A stretch of 64,000 nucleotides of DNA. It comes from an uncultured bacterium (GTDB lineage: Bacteria > Acidobacteriota > HRBIN11 > JAKEFK01). Shown one piece after another: positions 38,372 through 47,105 of the stretch. A program made the translations under genes and the position numbers. Numbering within the stretch: position 1 is the stretch's first letter; each line of letters starts with the position of its first letter. Where the stretch lies: NCBI GenBank assembly GCA_963777505.1, contig CAVZQN010000003.1, positions 288,001 to 352,000 on the forward strand, in the 5' to 3' direction. The notes beneath the pieces are model-generated. The model was not told the DNA's origin, did not search any database, and worked only from the letters and a program-made list of their open reading frames with translations.

Positions 38372-40627
38372 TTGTATACAGCTGTACGTTTTGGAAATGT
38401 GCTTGCGAGCCGCGGAAGTGTTGTGCCTGCTTTTGAACAACAGATCCGCGCAGGCGGTCCTGTGATGGTTACACATCCTGAAATGACACGCTACTTCTTA
38501 AGTATTAAGGAAGCGGTCAGGCTCATTATTCAGGCGGCTACTTTTACACAAGGCTGCGATATTTTCATGCTGCACATGGGAGAGCGAATTAAGATTGATG
38601 ATCTTGCGCGCCGATTAATCAGGCTTCGCGGAGCACGTCCGGATATCGATATCCCGATCGTCTATACAGGAATCAGACCGGGCGAAAAAATGCATGAAGA
38701 ATTGGTAGCACCAGGTGAATTAAAACTTGATACGCAGCATTCACGAATCTTCAGGATCAGAAAAAATCAGATGCCTGCTCCCGAACTTCTTGCAGATGAA
38801 ATCGATGAATTACAAAAGCTTGCGAAGGATCATGAACATGCAGATCTTGCTGACAGATTGCAAAAATTCGTTTCAGTAACTGAGGGTCAGCAACCTGGCG
38901 GACATACAATCATGTTCCGCGGAAAAATTTCAGAACTTATGACAAACGCGCGTGATGCAGAATCTAGCGAAAATTGGGATCTCGCCCTTGAACATTATGG
39001 TGATGCACTCAGATTGAGTGAAGGAATTCAAAATCGTTCTGCTGATTTGCTCTGCAAAATGGCAGCGATTCATTTGAAGAAATGGAACATCGGCGAAGCC
39101 ACTGAAATGCTGAATCAAAGCAAGGATCTCAGCAGAAGGAACGGTTACATTCCTGGATTACTTCAATCCAGCATCTTGCTAGGCAAAACGGCTGAACTCG
39201 CGGGAGATTATCTACTCGCGATTAAACATTATCGTTCTGCAATGCGCATGGAAGCCTTGTATAAAACGAATGAAAACAAAGCAACGATTCTAGCCAGCAT
39301 TGGCCGCGTACTTGAAAAGCAAGGTAAATTTCATAAGGCAGTTCCATATTTGAAAAAAGCAGTTGATTGCATGAAAGAGGAGCCTATTTCATCTGAGAAA
39401 GCCGAAGCAATTTACCGGCTGGGTTCCTGTGCAGCTCAATTATCATGGCCCCAGCGCGCGGAAAAATGTTTGTATCAAGCTCTTATACTGTCGCGTCAAC
39501 TTCAAGACAGAAATCTTCAAGCGGAAATTTATATACAGCTTTCACGTTTGAGTCTTATGAGAAAGCAAAGATTGAAAGCTCGTGAGCTTGCAGAACAATC
39601 ACTCGAAATTTTGCTCTCCGGTGGCTCTAAACTAAAACTTGCGGAAGCATACTTAATACTTGGAAGCATTCTTCGTGAAGAACTGAAGTTGGGACTCGCT
39701 GAAGAGCATTTGCAAAAATGTTTGAATCTTTGTGCCGAAACTGGCCAGGTTATGTTAACAGGCGATGTGTATGTTGCACTCTCTGTGCTTTACATGGATC
39801 AGGAACAAATTACAAAGGCCCTTCAGCACCTTTCACTGGCTCAAACGCAATTCAGCCGTGTGACAAAACCTGCCGAGTTAGTTCAAACCAGAGCAAAAAT
39901 GGAAGAACTCGAAAAATTGTTTGTTCGCGCTTGCCGTGAGCTTGCAAGTAATTCGGGTCGAGGTTGGGATGAGGATCATGGCTTACGCGTCGCATTGCAC
40001 TGTCTTGAACTCGCAGAATGGCTCGGTCTAACTGGCGATCAAAAGAAAGCTCTCGTTTCAGCTGCACTGTTGCACGATATCGGCACATCAAAAGTGTGTG
40101 AAGAAATTCTTATGAAACGTGGATTGCTTACAGAAGAGGAGCTGACTGAAGTTAAGAAACACGTGCTGCATTCTGCAGCCATGATTGAGGATATTCAATT
40201 CCCGTGGCCGGAAGTCCTTGCATACGTGAAATATCATCACGAAAGATATGATGGTGAAGGATATCCCTTAGGGCTGCGAAAGGATGAAATTCACCTTGGT
40301 GCTCGCATCCTTGCATTAGCTGATTTTTATGTCGCACTGACATCTGACAGAAGCCATCGAAAAGCATTTCCCGTGCAGGAAGCCCTAGAAATGGTTCGTC
40401 AGGAATCGGGAAGAATGTTCGATCCGAAAGTTGTTGAAGTATTTTTGCATCCGCGTTTTGTAGATATGCTTCTTTCAATGACTGGAAATGTAGAAGACAG
40501 GATGGATTCATCTCCATTATGGACGAGATTACAGAATGTTGCGACAGCCTCTCCTTCTCTTAAACTAAAAAATGCGACTTCCACCGGAAATCGTGTTGAT
40601 GAACGGGATGGCACATTCGGCTTATAG
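38372..40627 (+). CDS. CapD C-terminal subdomain fused to TPR repeats and an HD-GYP domain (joined protein ~1245 aa)
   Basis: AVRFGNVLASRGSVVP, MTRYF, GIRPGEKMHEEL; then ~8 TPR-like helical repeats; then HGLRV...LLHDIG...KKH...HHERYDGEGYP...ADFY...DRSHRKA. Confidence 0.88.
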   Translation: MYTAVRFGNVLASRGSVVPAFEQQIRAGGPVMVTHPEMTRYFLSIKEAVRLIIQAATFTQGCDIFMLHMGERIKIDDLARRLIRLRGARPDIDIPIVYTGIRPGEKMHEELVAPGELKLDTQHSRIFRIRKNQMPAPELLADEIDELQKLAKDHEHADLADRLQKFVSVTEGQQPGGHTIMFRGKISELMTNARDAESSENWDLALEHYGDALRLSEGIQNRSADLLCKMAAIHLKKWNIGEATEMLNQSKDLSRRNGYIPGLLQSSILLGKTAELAGDYLLAIKHYRSAMRMEALYKTNENKATILASIGRVLEKQGKFHKAVPYLKKAVDCMKEEPISSEKAEAIYRLGSCAAQLSWPQRAEKCLYQALILSRQLQDRNLQAEIYIQLSRLSLMRKQRLKARELAEQSLEILLSGGSKLKLAEAYLILGSILREELKLGLAEEHLQKCLNLCAETGQVMLTGDVYVALSVLYMDQEQITKALQHLSLAQTQFSRVTKPAELVQTRAKMEELEKLFVRACRELASNSGRGWDEDHGLRVALHCLELAEWLGLTGDQKKALVSAALLHDIGTSKVCEEILMKRGLLTEEELTEVKKHVLHSAAMIEDIQFPWPEVLAYVKYHHERYDGEGYPLGLRKDEIHLGARILALADFYVALTSDRSHRKAFPVQEALEMVRQESGRMFDPKVVEVFLHPRFVDMLLSMTGNVEDRMDSSPLWTRLQNVATASPSLKLKNATSTGNRVDERDGTFGL

Positions 40628-40738
40628 CATCTAAAGCTTCCATTGATGTGTGATTCATAATAGTAATAGAGATGGCAGAGCTCTAGGCAGTCTACTGATT
40701 AATGTTTCTTAAAATTCGCCTGGCTTAGAATACAAAAA

Positions 40739-42982
40739 TTGAAAATCGCAATTTTAGTCGGTACCCGCCCTGAAATCATAAAGATGTCTCCAGTTATTCT
40801 GGAGTGTCAGCGGCGTGGACTTCCATTCTTCATCATTCATTCCAAACAACACTATTCAGAAAAATTGGATTCTATTTTTTTTGAAGAATTACAGCTTCCA
40901 CTGCCGAAATACAATCTGAACGCAGGATCAGGAGGGCATGCCAATCAAACCGGCCGAATCTTGATTGAAATCGAACCTATTCTGGAAAACGAAAAACCAG
41001 ATCTACTGCTTGTTCAAGGTGACACCAATACGGTTGTTGCCGGAGCATTGGCAGCTCAAAAAATGCAGATTAAGGTCGGCCATATCGAAGCGGGCTTGCG
41101 ATCTTTTGATAAAACGATGCCTGAAGAGAGCAATCGTATTATTGCCGATCACATTTCGGATTTTTTATTTGCAGTAACGGATATCCAGGTTGACATTCTA
41201 AAGCGCGAAGGAATCGCAGATGAAAAAATATTCAAAGTTGGAAACACAATTGTAGATGCATTGCTTCGCAACATTGCAGTTGCTTCCAGTAAGAGCCGGA
41301 TAGTCTCTGAGCTTCAATTGAAACCCAAGGAATATTATCTTTTTACTGCGCATCGTGGTTCAAATGTTGATGAAGATCAATCTTTAAAAGAAGTGGTTGA
41401 TCTCATTGAATCGATTCCTGGAAAAGTTGTCTGGCCGCTTCATTATCGTACTCAGAAAAGATTGAATCAGACCGGATTAATTCCACCCGGCAATGCATTG
41501 ATTATTGAACCACTTGGATATTGGGATTTTCTGGAATTGCTTGATCAGTGCAAAAAAGTAATTACTGATTCAGGAGGCGTTCAAGAGGAAGCGTGTATTC
41601 TGGGAGTGCCTTGTATAACAATTCGTGCCAATACAGAAAGGCCAGAAACGGTCAAGATTGGAGCTAACGATGTCGTTTACCATGACCGTGAAAAACTTCT
41701 GGCTGCAATCCATAAGAGCCCGTCAAAATGGGAGAATCCTTTCGGCGATGGTCAAACGGCTCAACGTATTTTGGATATTGTTACGCCTAAATCTTTGCAC
41801 TCGAAATCTCTTTTTCCCGAAACTGTAAGTGTTATCGGCTTAGGCTATATGGGACTGCCGACAGCTCTTTTGCTTGCGACTAATGGCGTGAAGGTAAATG
41901 GAATCGATATCAATGAAAAGAAAGTGGAATCAATCCGGTCAGGCAAATGTCCGTTCGATGAACGTGGAATGGAGAGTCTGCTGAAAGAAGCGCTTGAAAC
42001 CGGACTTTTCAATGTCACCACAGAACTTAAAAGAGCTGATATTTATATTGTTGCTGTTCCAACTCCGCATGTGGATCGTCGTTGCGATTTGACGTATGTT
42101 CTGCAAGCCGTTTCTAATTTATTGCCTGTCTTTAAAAATGGCGATCTTCTAATCATAGAATCCACAATAAAGCCTGGTACGTGCTCAAACCACATAATGC
42201 CACTGTTAAAAAAAGCGGGAATCAATGTCGAAGTAGCACATTGTCCGGAACGGGCCATTCCTGGAAATACGCTGCATGAGATTCTTCACAACGACAGAAT
42301 CGTTGGAGGTTCGGCATCGGCTGTAACACGCGCTAAAGCGCTCTATTCGACGTTTGTTCGCGGTAAACTTCACGAAGCGGATCTTATTACTGCTGAGTGT
42401 GCCAAACTCATGGAAAATACTTACCGTGACGTCAATATCGCTTTAGCAAATGAATTTTCGATTGTTGCTGAGGAATTGGGCTTCGACGTTTTTAAAGCGA
42501 TTCGTCTGGCAAACCTTCATCCACGCGTGAGCATTTTGAATCCCGGTGTCGGTGTTGGTGGACATTGCATTGCAATTGACCCATGGTTTTTGATTGAGGA
42601 TGTGAAGAAGTCGACATTGATCCGAGCATCACGTGAACTGAACGATAGTATGCCAAAGAGAACTGTCGAACGAATTGAAAGCAAGATTCCAAAAGGAACG
42701 AAACGTCTCGGATTGCTTGGCGTTAGCTACAAGCCCAATGTGGACGATGCACGGGAAACTCCGGCGCTCAAAGTTGCCAGGGCATTGTTAGAAAAAAAAT
42801 ACGAAATCCGATGTCAGGATCCCTATGTGAAAGAGTGGGATCTACCATTATTTCCTTTTGAAAATGTAGAACAATGGGCTGAGGTACTCATTGTATTGAG
42901 CGAACACGATGTCTACAATAATTTAACGTCACATCTCCCGATTCTTCATCTGCACGATATTTTAAATCCCTCAACTTTGTAA
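40739..42982 (+). CDS. wecB: Fused UDP-GlcNAc 2-epimerase (WecB) / UDP-ManNAc dehydrogenase (WecC)
   Basis: N-half: GTRPEIIK, QGDT, HIEAGLRS, TDSGGVQEEA, NPFGDG. C-half: IGLGYMGLP, AVPTP, EST, CPER, KLMENTYRDVNIA, GGHCI, YKPNVDDARETP. Confidence 0.92.
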   Translation: MKIAILVGTRPEIIKMSPVILECQRRGLPFFIIHSKQHYSEKLDSIFFEELQLPLPKYNLNAGSGGHANQTGRILIEIEPILENEKPDLLLVQGDTNTVVAGALAAQKMQIKVGHIEAGLRSFDKTMPEESNRIIADHISDFLFAVTDIQVDILKREGIADEKIFKVGNTIVDALLRNIAVASSKSRIVSELQLKPKEYYLFTAHRGSNVDEDQSLKEVVDLIESIPGKVVWPLHYRTQKRLNQTGLIPPGNALIIEPLGYWDFLELLDQCKKVITDSGGVQEEACILGVPCITIRANTERPETVKIGANDVVYHDREKLLAAIHKSPSKWENPFGDGQTAQRILDIVTPKSLHSKSLFPETVSVIGLGYMGLPTALLLATNGVKVNGIDINEKKVESIRSGKCPFDERGMESLLKEALETGLFNVTTELKRADIYIVAVPTPHVDRRCDLTYVLQAVSNLLPVFKNGDLLIIESTIKPGTCSNHIMPLLKKAGINVEVAHCPERAIPGNTLHEILHNDRIVGGSASAVTRAKALYSTFVRGKLHEADLITAECAKLMENTYRDVNIALANEFSIVAEELGFDVFKAIRLANLHPRVSILNPGVGVGGHCIAIDPWFLIEDVKKSTLIRASRELNDSMPKRTVERIESKIPKGTKRLGLLGVSYKPNVDDARETPALKVARALLEKKYEIRCQDPYVKEWDLPLFPFENVEQWAEVLIVLSEHDVYNNLTSHLPILHLHDILNPSTL

Positions 42983-44202
42983 TGCGCTTCCTTATTCTGA
43001 CTCAGTATTTCGAACCTGAGATTGGCGCGCCTCAAGTGCGATTCAGATCATTCATCTCCAACTTAGTAAAGCTAGGTCATCAGGTTGAAGTAGTTACAGC
43101 GCTTCCAAATTATCCAACCGGAAAGATATTTCCCGGATACACCGGCAAGTTCTACAAGTATGAAATGGGTAACGATGGTGTACCTGTTCACCGGGTTTGG
43201 ATCTATGCAGCATTAGGAGGTGGTGCAGGTCGAATGCTGAACTATTTGAGCTTTGCGTTCTTCAGCCTTTACTGCATTTTCAAAGTGAAACGCCCAGACT
43301 ACGTTTTTGTCGAGTCTCCACCTTTATCGCTCGGAGTGGTGGGTTGGCTATATGCGAAGATTTTTCGCTGCAAAGTTATCTTTAACGTTGCTGATCTTTG
43401 GCCGGATTCGGTAAAGGAACTCGGCATTATACAAAATGGAACCGTACTGAAAATGGCTTATTGGCTTGAAGACTTTATCTATCGTCATTCAAACTACGTC
43501 AACTCCGTGACAATTCAGACAACTCGTACTTTGAATGAAAAGAAAAACGTTCCCATGAATAAACTAAAATTCTTGCCCAATGGAGTTGATACCGAAATTT
43601 TTTTTCCTGCTGAAAGTAGTGAAAGTGTTCGTACCGAACTCGGTTGGGAAGGCAAATTCGTAATTATCTATGCAGGCACGGTTGGCATTGCTCAAGGTTT
43701 ACTCACAGTCATTAAAGCAGCAGATCGACTCAAGCGGATGCCTGAATTCAACAATGTTCTCCTTTGCATTGTCGGAGGTGGGTCAGAAAAGAATTTGCTA
43801 TTAAAAGAAGTCGAGCAAAATGGATATCAAGGAGTGCGTTTTATTGATCCTATGCCACCAAAACAGCTGGTTCAACTGCTGCGGAACGCTGATTGCGGTT
43901 ATGTAGGCCTGATCGACAAAGAACTTTTTCTGGAAGTAAGGCCTTCTAAAATGTTTCCAAAAATTGCGTGTGGACTGCCGCTTGTTTTTGCGGGCCGCGG
44001 TGAAGCAGCTTCCATTGTCCATGAACTTGATGCCGGGATTGTCGTGCCGCCAGAAGACACGCACGCACTGGAATCCGCGCTGATGGATATGTACCTAAAG
44101 TTGCCGGAGTATCGAGCTCGACTTAAAAAAGCACAAGAAATTATTCAGACACGTTACTCATGGGAGCACAATACAAAGGAATGGTTAGCCAGCCTTGACT
44201 GA
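42982..44202 (+). CDS. Glycosyltransferase family 4 (WbuB-like)
   Basis: LTQYFEPEIGAP, ALPNYPTG, RMLNYLSF, DLWPDS, YAGTVGIAQGL, RPSKMF. Confidence 0.9.
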   Translation: MRFLILTQYFEPEIGAPQVRFRSFISNLVKLGHQVEVVTALPNYPTGKIFPGYTGKFYKYEMGNDGVPVHRVWIYAALGGGAGRMLNYLSFAFFSLYCIFKVKRPDYVFVESPPLSLGVVGWLYAKIFRCKVIFNVADLWPDSVKELGIIQNGTVLKMAYWLEDFIYRHSNYVNSVTIQTTRTLNEKKNVPMNKLKFLPNGVDTEIFFPAESSESVRTELGWEGKFVIIYAGTVGIAQGLLTVIKAADRLKRMPEFNNVLLCIVGGGSEKNLLLKEVEQNGYQGVRFIDPMPPKQLVQLLRNADCGYVGLIDKELFLEVRPSKMFPKIACGLPLVFAGRGEAASIVHELDAGIVVPPEDTHALESALMDMYLKLPEYRARLKKAQEIIQTRYSWEHNTKEWLASLD

Positions 44203-45682
44203 TCAATCATTGTTTCTAAAAAGATCTATTGTCAAACGCTTTCTTTTCTTTTCAATTTTGAGTCTTTTAGTTTCTTCAGTTTTCGATTGCTTTGGGGAAG
44301 GCAAGTCTGATGCCTTTCCATGGTTTCAGGCGTTCACTCCACAGAGGACGTTTTATGTAAGTCCTTCGAAGGACGGTGATGGTAAATCCCCTGAGACCGC
44401 CATGAGTTTCAAAAAGGCATTAACCAGTGGAAAACCTGGAGATTTATTTTGGGTGATGGAAGGAAGATATACCGGAGCATTTAGTGCTACTCAAGCTGGG
44501 ACGGAGAAAGATCCTATTGTTTTTCGCGCAGAAAAAGGCCGGCATGTAATTATTGAAGGGGGAGTCAGGTTGGAAGCACCCTATAACTGGATTTGGGGTT
44601 TCGAGATTACTGACCCTAAGGGAATTAAGCCTGTCGGTGGTGGGATTGAATTGCTTGCACCAGGAAACCGCGCGATTAATAACGTCATCCATGATCATCT
44701 TGGCAAAATTGGTATCGGTGCATGGCAACAAGGCAAAGGCCATGTAATTTATGGAAATATCATTTACAGTCAACTGCCGAAGTCTAACAATCCTCACAAT
44801 CTTTACGCCCAAAATGATTTTGAAAGCTGGGGATATAAATATTTTGTGAACAATATTCTTGCCGATTCTGAGGAAGCTACCGATAAGACTTTTAATGTTC
44901 ATTGTTATACGCAGGGCGGACTTCTAACGGGTTTGTGGTTTGAGAAAAACATAATACGAAATGGGAAGTTTCTAATTGGAGGATTTAACGCGCCCGCTGA
45001 ACATGATGTCGTTAAAGAAAATTATTTTTATAAATCAACTATACAATTCGGGTTTAGACGTCCGACTCAGGTTCAATTTCAGAATAATTATGTCGCCCGC
45101 ACACCTCTCGTAACAGAATGGTTTTGGGGTGCAGGTGAAACTCAATTCAAACAGACCACTCCAAGCGTTTACACCGGTAATGAATTTGTAAATCCGCCTG
45201 GACCGCACATACGATTTTCAACATCTGCATATTTGCCTTCAGGCAGGTGTGAAGGATGCCCAAGAATTCGGCCTGATGACATTTTCGATGAAAACAAATA
45301 TTCAGCTCCATTCCAGGCCACATTCTATGCGGATTCCAGGAACGCGGGAATTGTTGATCTCGAAAAATGGAGACGGCTTACGGCTCATGCCGGAAAAGGT
45401 TTTGATGCAAATTCTGAACAAGTTGCGTCTCCAAAGGGAGTGAAGACTGTTATCTTAAAGAATGAGTACGATCCCCTTCGAGCTCATGTGGCTGTATACA
45501 ATTGGTCGGAAGAATCAACGGTTCGTCTGGATCTAGGAGCTTATCTGCCTATGGGGACAAAGTTTGCGATCCATGATGTAAAGCAAATATTTCAAGCTCC
45601 GGTCCTTGCAGGTACATATTCCGGTCCGATCGAAATCCCCGCAGATGGCGAATTTCGTGTCTTTGTAGTAACTCGCCAGTAA
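44195..45682 (+). CDS. Exported right-handed beta-helix protein (pectate lyase-like; putative polysaccharide lyase/modifier)
   Basis: Hydrophobic N-terminus; FYVSP..DG.G, PGD..WV..GRY, GTEKDPIVFRA, repeated IxNNxI/ExN turns. Confidence 0.65.
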   Translation: MTDQSLFLKRSIVKRFLFFSILSLLVSSVFDCFGEGKSDAFPWFQAFTPQRTFYVSPSKDGDGKSPETAMSFKKALTSGKPGDLFWVMEGRYTGAFSATQAGTEKDPIVFRAEKGRHVIIEGGVRLEAPYNWIWGFEITDPKGIKPVGGGIELLAPGNRAINNVIHDHLGKIGIGAWQQGKGHVIYGNIIYSQLPKSNNPHNLYAQNDFESWGYKYFVNNILADSEEATDKTFNVHCYTQGGLLTGLWFEKNIIRNGKFLIGGFNAPAEHDVVKENYFYKSTIQFGFRRPTQVQFQNNYVARTPLVTEWFWGAGETQFKQTTPSVYTGNEFVNPPGPHIRFSTSAYLPSGRCEGCPRIRPDDIFDENKYSAPFQATFYADSRNAGIVDLEKWRRLTAHAGKGFDANSEQVASPKGVKTVILKNEYDPLRAHVAVYNWSEESTVRLDLGAYLPMGTKFAIHDVKQIFQAPVLAGTYSGPIEIPADGEFRVFVVTRQ

Positions 45683-45687
45683 AAAAA

Positions 45688-46974
45688 TCAAAAAGCTAGC
45701 TGTACTCCTGCGCCAATAATATTCCTTTCTTTGTCGCTGTTTGGAGCGTTAGAATCCCGATTCAGTCTGGTTCCTGAAATAAAAATCTGCCAGATCCTTG
45801 CAACTCTAAATCGTACTGAAAGCATCGAATCGATTGCACTGTCGTCAATTTCACCGGGAACAAGCTCTCCGGTTGGTGTGAGAACCAAACTTGGTTCCAC
45901 GTACGAGTTTTTTTCAAAGGCTACCAAAGCGAAAAGAGAGACGTCTCTTGTAATATAAAATTCAACATTCGGCGCAATACGACTTTCTATGAAAAACCAG
46001 TTATTCTCGACGATTGATGGGGGAGTGCTACGCGAATATGCAAGTCCCAAAACTGTTCGCTCTCCAACTCTAAAATTTACTGAACCCAAACCAACAAGAC
46101 CACTGAACTCTGGTTCTCCTTCAACTTCAGGAACCATATTTTTGTAGCCTAAAATTACTTGTCCAGTGATGTTTCCTTTGGCCGCAAAGGAAAACCCGCC
46201 TTCTACGCCGACAATATCGGCATCCGGTTGAAGCGAAAAATCTGCGAAGTCCCACTTTTCATAGTAAGTGTTGAAAAGGAAAGTTGTGAATTCTGAAACA
46301 TGCCGGCGGAATCCGCCAATAACTCGGAATGTGTCCTCATCATAAAACTGGGAAAGGGGCGTGTCAGTGGGATTTACTATTTCGTTCGCAATATCAGTCG
46401 AAGTACTTTGTACTCCGATGACAGCTTCTGATTTACGTCCTATGCCAACCATCAAAGAAGAATCAAAATTGTTAGTGCGCTGGTCGGTTGGAAAATCAAA
46501 CTCTTGCGATGGCCTGGTTCGTCTGAATAGGTAGGTATCGCCGATCGTAAATAGAACCCGATTACCACCAATCGTAAATCGTGCGCCTACAGTATTGAAA
46601 ACACCCCGCAGATCCTCTGTATCTCTGTAATAAATAAAATTAACTTCATCTTCAATTTGAAGTAACGCTCTCTCATGAAAAGGTAAATATGCAACGACGC
46701 CAGGATCTGCTTGAATCGTGAGGTCATCGACTACATCAGTTGAAAGCAAGAGACTGTTTGAATCGTAGGCGCTAAAGACGTTGAGCTTAGGCTCAATCCA
46801 AAATGCACCGGCTTGAAATAGGCTTTTTGCAATCGCCTCCTCAATGGTGTTCCCCATAAGTCCTTTCGGCAGCTCTTCTTCCTCAACATTTCCAACCACC
46901 TCTTGAGCAGACACTTCGACAGCCAAAAGCAGCGATAAAACTAGACACAAGAGTAACTTTGACCTAATCCCCAT
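45688..46974 (-). CDS. Outer-membrane beta-barrel of polysaccharide export (BBP2/EpsX-like)
   Basis: Start moved to ATG 46974 (SD AAGGGGGA); signal peptide, YDSN motif, alternating beta-strands, C-terminal Phe (VQLAF). Confidence 0.75.
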   Translation of the reverse strand: MGIRSKLLLCLVLSLLLAVEVSAQEVVGNVEEEELPKGLMGNTIEEAIAKSLFQAGAFWIEPKLNVFSAYDSNSLLLSTDVVDDLTIQADPGVVAYLPFHERALLQIEDEVNFIYYRDTEDLRGVFNTVGARFTIGGNRVLFTIGDTYLFRRTRPSQEFDFPTDQRTNNFDSSLMVGIGRKSEAVIGVQSTSTDIANEIVNPTDTPLSQFYDEDTFRVIGGFRRHVSEFTTFLFNTYYEKWDFADFSLQPDADIVGVEGGFSFAAKGNITGQVILGYKNMVPEVEGEPEFSGLVGLGSVNFRVGERTVLGLAYSRSTPPSIVENNWFFIESRIAPNVEFYITRDVSLFALVAFEKNSYVEPSLVLTPTGELVPGEIDDSAIDSMLSVRFRVARIWQIFISGTRLNRDSNAPNSDKERNIIGAGVQLAF

Positions 46975-47047
46975 GGATCTTCCCCCTTTACACGGTTCAA
47001 TCATTTTACAACATTAAGAGCATCCTAAACCTATATTTTCTAATGTT

Positions 47048-47076
47048 TTGACAGTCTAAACACATAAATCTATAAT
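47048..47076 (+). promoter_or_regulatory. Consensus sigma70 promoter upstream of the OPX gene
   Basis: TTGACA (47048-53), 17-bp spacer, TATAAT (47071-76). Confidence 0.75.
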
Positions 47077-47105
47077 CAAAGTCCGCTAAACGGCATATTA
47101 TTCGC

